40,340 nucleotides of DNA, from the NCBI RefSeq assembly GCF_001194135.2, contig NC_068991.1, positions 50,003,877-50,044,216 of the forward strand. Reading direction: 5' to 3'. Made by a program: the position numbers and the translations under genes. The notes beneath the pieces are model-generated. The model did no database searches and was not told the origin of the DNA. It saw only the letters and a list, made by a program, of their open reading frames with translations. The first letter of the stretch is position 1; the number at the start of each line of letters is the position of its first letter. Origin of the DNA: Octopus bimaculoides (lineage: Eukaryota). Positions 35,365 to 40,340 of the stretch are shown here, one piece after another.

Positions 35365-35693
35365 GCAAGTGTCTTCTACTATAGCCTCGGGCCGACCAAA
35401 GCCTTGTGAGTGGATTTGGTAGACGGAAACTGAAAGAAGCCTGTCGTATGTATGTATATATATATGTATGTGTGTATGTGTTTGTGTGTCTGTCTTTGTC
35501 CCCCCAACATCGCTTGACAACCGATGCTGGTGTGTTTATGTCCCCGTAACTTAGCGGTTCGGCAAAAGAGACCGATAGAATAAGTACTAGGCTTCTAAAG
35601 AATAAGTCCTGGGGTCGATTTGCTCGACTAAAAGGTGGTGCTCCAGCATGGCCACAGTCAAAAGACTGAAACAAGTAAAATAGTAAAAAATAG
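35365..35693 (+). mobile_element. SINE family A (5' end lost in the gap)
   Basis: Matches the reverse complement of 3873-4269. Confidence 0.92.
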
Positions 35694-35724
<31 letters not shown>

Positions 35725-36179
35725 GGGTAAGAATATGCCAAGCACAAAATACAGGCAGTACTCTGACCGGACCAAATTTATAAATGTTTTGATGCCATTA
35801 GCAACCGTTTGTCCATCTTTTATTATACAGTACATATACATACGTACATACATGTGAGTGTGTGTGTGTGTGTGTGTAAGCATGCATTCTTAAGTGTCAT
35901 TGGTAATCGCGTATGACCTGGTAGGAGGACATATTTTTTTAGCTATACAAGCGCGCGCGCACACACGCGTGTAGTAAGTGAATTCATCAACGATGTTTTG
36001 CTCTTTTATGAGATTGTAGACCAAAGATATGGGTACAAATCTGACACAGATATTATTGAATGTTGTGTCTAATTCTGTTGAAGTGATTCTTGTTCTAGCG
36101 CTTTCTCTCTTTTGTTTCTTTTACTTGCTGTTGTTTCATCCATTTTGATTCTGCAATAGTTCATATCTTTATAACTCTC

Positions 36180-37790
36180 CGCCGTTATTTGCAATTAGTC
36201 ACCATATTCTCTCATGCAGTTGCAATCAGAACGTTGCATTTAGATGTTTGATAGCATCCTTAGAACGGAATTTCGGGCTCTGCCTTTAACAGCTTTCATA
36301 TTTCAGTTCACTGCAGATCACAGCCTTGGGAATCCTAATGCTTTCATGCCCAATTGAAAGCAACTGCAAATTCATCACAATAAACGCAATACTAGGCATA
36401 TTTGCAAACTGCACACCTCGGTTCATGATGTCTCTCCAAGAAATGTTCGTTATAGATCGTAACTGACACAACTGACAGCACATCGTCATTTTTCATGTCG
36501 CCGATGCAGTACAGGACACTGCTGCCGCTCAGTGAACTTTGTATTTTGTTGACAGTTTAGTGTCACCTTTCCCCAATCAATTATTGAACTTCCCGAAAGA
36601 GAGCGCGCTCCATCACCACCGCCAGGCTTTTGTCATCAGAAAACATACTGTCTAAAATATATGAATTTTTTTCATTTTGAAGTCGATTTGCATCCGTAAT
36701 GGTTGGAGTTTCATGTTCCAACAATCGGGTTTAGATTTGTAGTATCTTCTGGATATCTTCTAGGGAGTGAGTCACCAGTTCGTAAATACACATCTTGTGG
36801 TACTTCCTGGTGGATCACAGAGTAGATATGTTCAACAAGCTATTATCCACTCTCATGTGGATATACACCCCAGCCCTGAATTCACTTGCAAACTTTTCAA
36901 GTGCACTATGCAGATATAGAACAAATAATGTTGGAGCAAGTACACAGCCTTGTTTTACTCCATGAATGTCTGAAAAGGAGACCTATTTGTTGCTTCCAAG
37001 AGAAACTTCGACTGATATACCTTCATAAAATTGCTTCACAATCTCCACCAATTTGTCTGAGCATTCATTTCTTTTGAAAAGAATCAATAAGCCTTCTCTT
37101 CCCATACGAGCAAAAGTCTTCGTAAAGTGGTACGCGTTCTCCTATAGACTTTTCTTGTAAAAATCATATCATTCATGCTTCTAGACATACAAAATCCACA
37201 GTAACTTAGGCATTTTAAATAATTTCTTGAGCAGTATTTTTGCTAGTTTTCCATGCAATTGAGAGAAGGGAAAATCCTCAAAAATTTCCACAATTCTGTC
37301 GATCAGCCTTCCGTTTGCAAATGGCGACCATCTCTATATAGTTGTATAGTTGTGGGAGGCTACAGCATTGCCTGAATAATTGGAGAAGTCTATAGCGTAA
37401 TTCCTTCCAAGCATGTTTACAGACTTCTATGAGGAGACTATCAATACCAGAAGCTTTTCCTTATATTATCTCACAGACAGTAATTATTAAATTCCACCAT
37501 ATTCGAGGATAGGTGGAAACTAGCATCCTCCAGAATTTGTAGGCTACAGTCTAAAAATTCAGGAGAAAATCTCGAGGATTTGCTAAATAACTCCCTAAAG
37601 TGTTTTAGCATTTTATGATGTCATTTTATGATGGCATCGTTACTCATAGAGAGTTTTCATCTTTCTGGGATCGTATGCTTCTCTCAGACTGGCAAAGAAA
37701 GTCTTCATATTATGATAATCAAAATTCAAAATACTTACAGGCATCGTTGATAATTATGTACGTGTCACCAGAACTGAAAGTTCACTTGAC
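36180..37790 (-). mobile_element. RTE-BovB-like LINE fossil (linker, RT, C-terminus)
   Basis: MKTFFASLREAYDP; GKASGIDSLLIEVCK; GFSLLSIA; HGVKQGCVLAPTLF; GVYIHMRVDNSL; LRSITNISWRD...RIPKAVICSELK. Confidence 0.88.
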
Positions 37791-37799
37791 AAACTGATC

Positions 37800-38780
37800 T
37801 GACAAACGAAACTGATTATTGGTATGAAATCTGTGCCCATTGACACAAATTTGAACATGCAGAGCGCAATCTAAGAAATCTAATGAATTTATAAGAATCC
37901 TGGGTTGGTCCTCGCTGGTGGTAACTTATGAAACTTTACCAGGAGTGGAAAGGAATGGCCAGTTGCAAATTATGAAATTGTGTCTTCAAATATCACCTTT
38001 AGTCCCAGATATTATGCAATACAAATCCCAAGTGAACATGGGAACTTATAAAAAGGATATAGAGCTTTGAAAAATTTCGATTCGACTTGGCAAAAGAAGG
38101 GTTGAGCCTGAACAAGAAGTACCACAGAGACTTCTCCTCATCACAGAGGTTAGAAAACATGATTACAGAAATTTTCTCAAACCTACAAAATGGTTGAGCC
38201 TGAAGTGAAATCCTTATGGAACTATCTATTTTAATCAGATGTACATGCAATAAACAAACTGTTCCTTAAAAAGTTTCCAAGTAACTCAAAAACCTATATA
38301 TTTATGCTGATTCAATATTAGAAAACAATTACAAACATACCATTCCAAAAGAATTCCTCAATACCATAACACCATCTGGCCTACTCTATCATGAACTGGT
38401 GCTAAAAGTTGTTTTGTTATGTTCTTAGGCAAGCGACAAACAAATGAGACAACAATGATAATTGAATGTGAAGTCACATTTGGAGCAATGAAAAGTTATT
38501 TTCATTTTATTTTATTTTATTTTACTTTTTTACCTCATATTATTCACAATGACAGAAACAACGAATTTTCTATTCCCATTATAAGGCAACAATTCCCTAT
38601 CAGTTTTCTTGCAGTGACAATAAATAAAGATTCGGGACCAGAAAATGACAGAATTGAGATCTACTTTGCTCATGGCCAACGATACACAGCATTTTCAGGA
38701 GCAAAAGATATTCTTATGTCAACGTCTTCCTTGCCAATAATACCGATGGTCACGCAGAAAATATTGTCTACAATAAATTT
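37800..38780 (+). mobile_element. Helitron PIF1-like helicase remnant
   Basis: KLIIG../HKFEHAERNLRNLM; IPKEFLNT..PSGL.YHELVLKV; RQQFPISFLAVTINK; FAHGQRYTAFS (PIF1 motifs II to VI, decayed). Confidence 0.8.
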
Positions 38781-39189
38781 TAGGAGATAAATGAAGCTAC
38801 TGTAGATTATTTGGCTTGTTTCATTGAACTGAGATTTCGTTCTCGAAAATCTGATATAATTTTTTTTCTTGTTTTTTTCACATTGTCACATGACACTTAG
38901 CATAAGATTTAGATTGATGCAGCTTTGAATGTCTCTAAGCTACCATCGCTATGATCAATGGAAATTAACATTTTCCTACAAAATTGCAATAGTCTGCCTT
39001 GTATCAAAATTATATTAAAATTCTGCAAGCATTTTGGAACAGTTACAAACAATCACTAACGGACTAACAACATTTGTTTCCAGAAAAATCTGCGAGATCT
39101 GAAAAGTCAATAATGCATAACAACTTCAATATTCAACGACTAAAATATCGTTTTACATGGAATTTTTCTTTGTCATAGACAATACTGCG

Positions 39190-39289
39190 TGCACGTATAC
39201 ATACATACACATATACGTACCTGTATGTGTGTATGTGTGCGTGTGTGCGTGTGTGCATATGTATATATACATATGCATATATATGTGTG

Positions 39290-39330
<41 letters not shown>

Positions 39331-39515
39331 GGATGTATGTATATATTACATATATATGCATATATATTTATTTAGATATGCATGTATGCATGTATGTATA
39401 AATATATGGATACAAACACATATGCACATATATATGCATAAATGCATATATACATACATTTATACACACACACACACATTCACATACACACATTCGCACA
39501 TACACACGCATATAT
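39190..39515. repeat. Compound (TA)/(TG)/(CA) microsatellite
   Basis: Direct observation; source of the Y/I/C/V-rich ORFs. Confidence 0.95.
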
Positions 39516-39559
39516 TGTCCGAAATGTATAGTATTAAATATCCATCACGGCTGATCTTA

Positions 39560-39795
39560 TTTCTTTATTGCCCACAAGGGGCTAAACATAGAGGGGACAA
39601 ACAAGGACAGACAAAAAGATCAAGTCAATTGCATCGACCCCAGTGCGTAACTAGTACTTAATTTATCGACCCCGGAAGGATGAAAGGCAAAGTCGACCTC
39701 GGCGGAATTTGAACTCAGAACATAACGGCAGACGAAATACCACTAAGCATTTCGCCCGGCGTGCTAACGATTCTGCCAGCTCACCGCTTTAACCG
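39560..39795 (-). mobile_element. SINE family B (young subtype)
   Basis: Perfect 20-bp TSD atccatcacggctgatctta at 39540-39559 and 39796-39815. Confidence 0.96.
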
Positions 39796-39888
39796 ATCCA
39801 TCACGGCTGATCTTACCAAACGGTTTCGCGTAAAGAATACAATGGAGTGTTAGGTAACATTCTGATTATATAACTTTACGCTCATCAG

Positions 39889-39997
39889 AGTTAGCCGATA
39901 TGGTAGGGAATATAGCGACTGATCTCTGTTGTCGGAGGTAGATTCTATCTCTGACAATAGAGAACAGTCACCATATTCCCTTCCATATCGGTTAACT
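39889..39997. repeat. 109-nt spacer-less imperfect palindrome
   Basis: 54 positions pair about centre 39943: 46 Watson-Crick, 4 G-T, 4 mismatches on the + strand. Confidence 0.92.
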
Positions 39998-40086
39998 GTG
40001 TGTGTATATATATATATTATAGGCGCGTTGAAGGATTTGGTAGACCGAAACTGAAAGAAGCTCATCATATATATATATATATATAT

Positions 40087-40220
40087 ATCAAAATAAGCAA
40101 CAAGGATATCTAGAGGTAACTCCATTTAATGGTATGTATAAATACATTGTTCTATTAAATGGAGTTGCATGAAACGATCGTACTGCATTACCTCTGGATA
40201 TCCTTGTTGCTTATTTTGAT
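40087..40220. repeat. Inverted-repeat (foldback/MITE-like) element
   Basis: 33-bp outer arms with one mismatch plus 13-bp inner arms aactccatttaat / attaaatggagtt. Confidence 0.9.
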
Positions 40221-40340
40221 TTTAATCACCTTACTTTGAAATTGTATGGATAATACCGTACTAAATTCTGGTGCCTAAACTTAAGTACCATATTCACCTG
40301 AATCTAATTTTTTGCTGAACTCATCTATCATACCCTAAGT

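Noticed and set aside
37680-37720. Walker A-like QTGKES on the + strand as part of the Helitron
   Set aside because: The opposite strand here is a better-matching RTE LINE linker region.
39157-39661. Overlapping Y/I/C/V/H-rich ORFs
   Set aside because: Microsatellite translation artefacts.

Overview
This is AT-rich eukaryotic genomic DNA with three assembly gaps. The SINE/RTE repeat repertoire resembles that of octopus (coleoid cephalopod) genomes; that assignment is an inference. One protein-coding gene is confidently resolved: a four-exon, + strand orthologue of COA8/APOPT1 (cytochrome c oxidase assembly factor 8). Its exons are 18440-18529, 27333-27551, 29350-29501 and 31571-31652, giving 180 aa, and they are missed by the ORF track. 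A CpG-richer island at about 17650-18460 lies upstream and carries splice signals for a possible divergent minus-strand transcript. Most of the rest is transposon debris: several tRNA-derived SINE families (some with clear TSDs), 5'-truncated RTE LINEs, RTE RT/endonuclease fossils, Tigger/pogo, hAT and Helitron remnants, small MITEs, and micro/minisatellites. I found no CRISPR array, true RNA gene or multi-gene novel system. The most interesting leads are: an out-of-frame uORF overlapping the COA8 start; a tandem acceptor behind a (TA)12 tract; the candidate divergent transcript; two cases of a young SINE sitting about 100 bp upstream of an older Pol III SINE; and spacer-less palindromes at 22105-22148 and 39889-39997.
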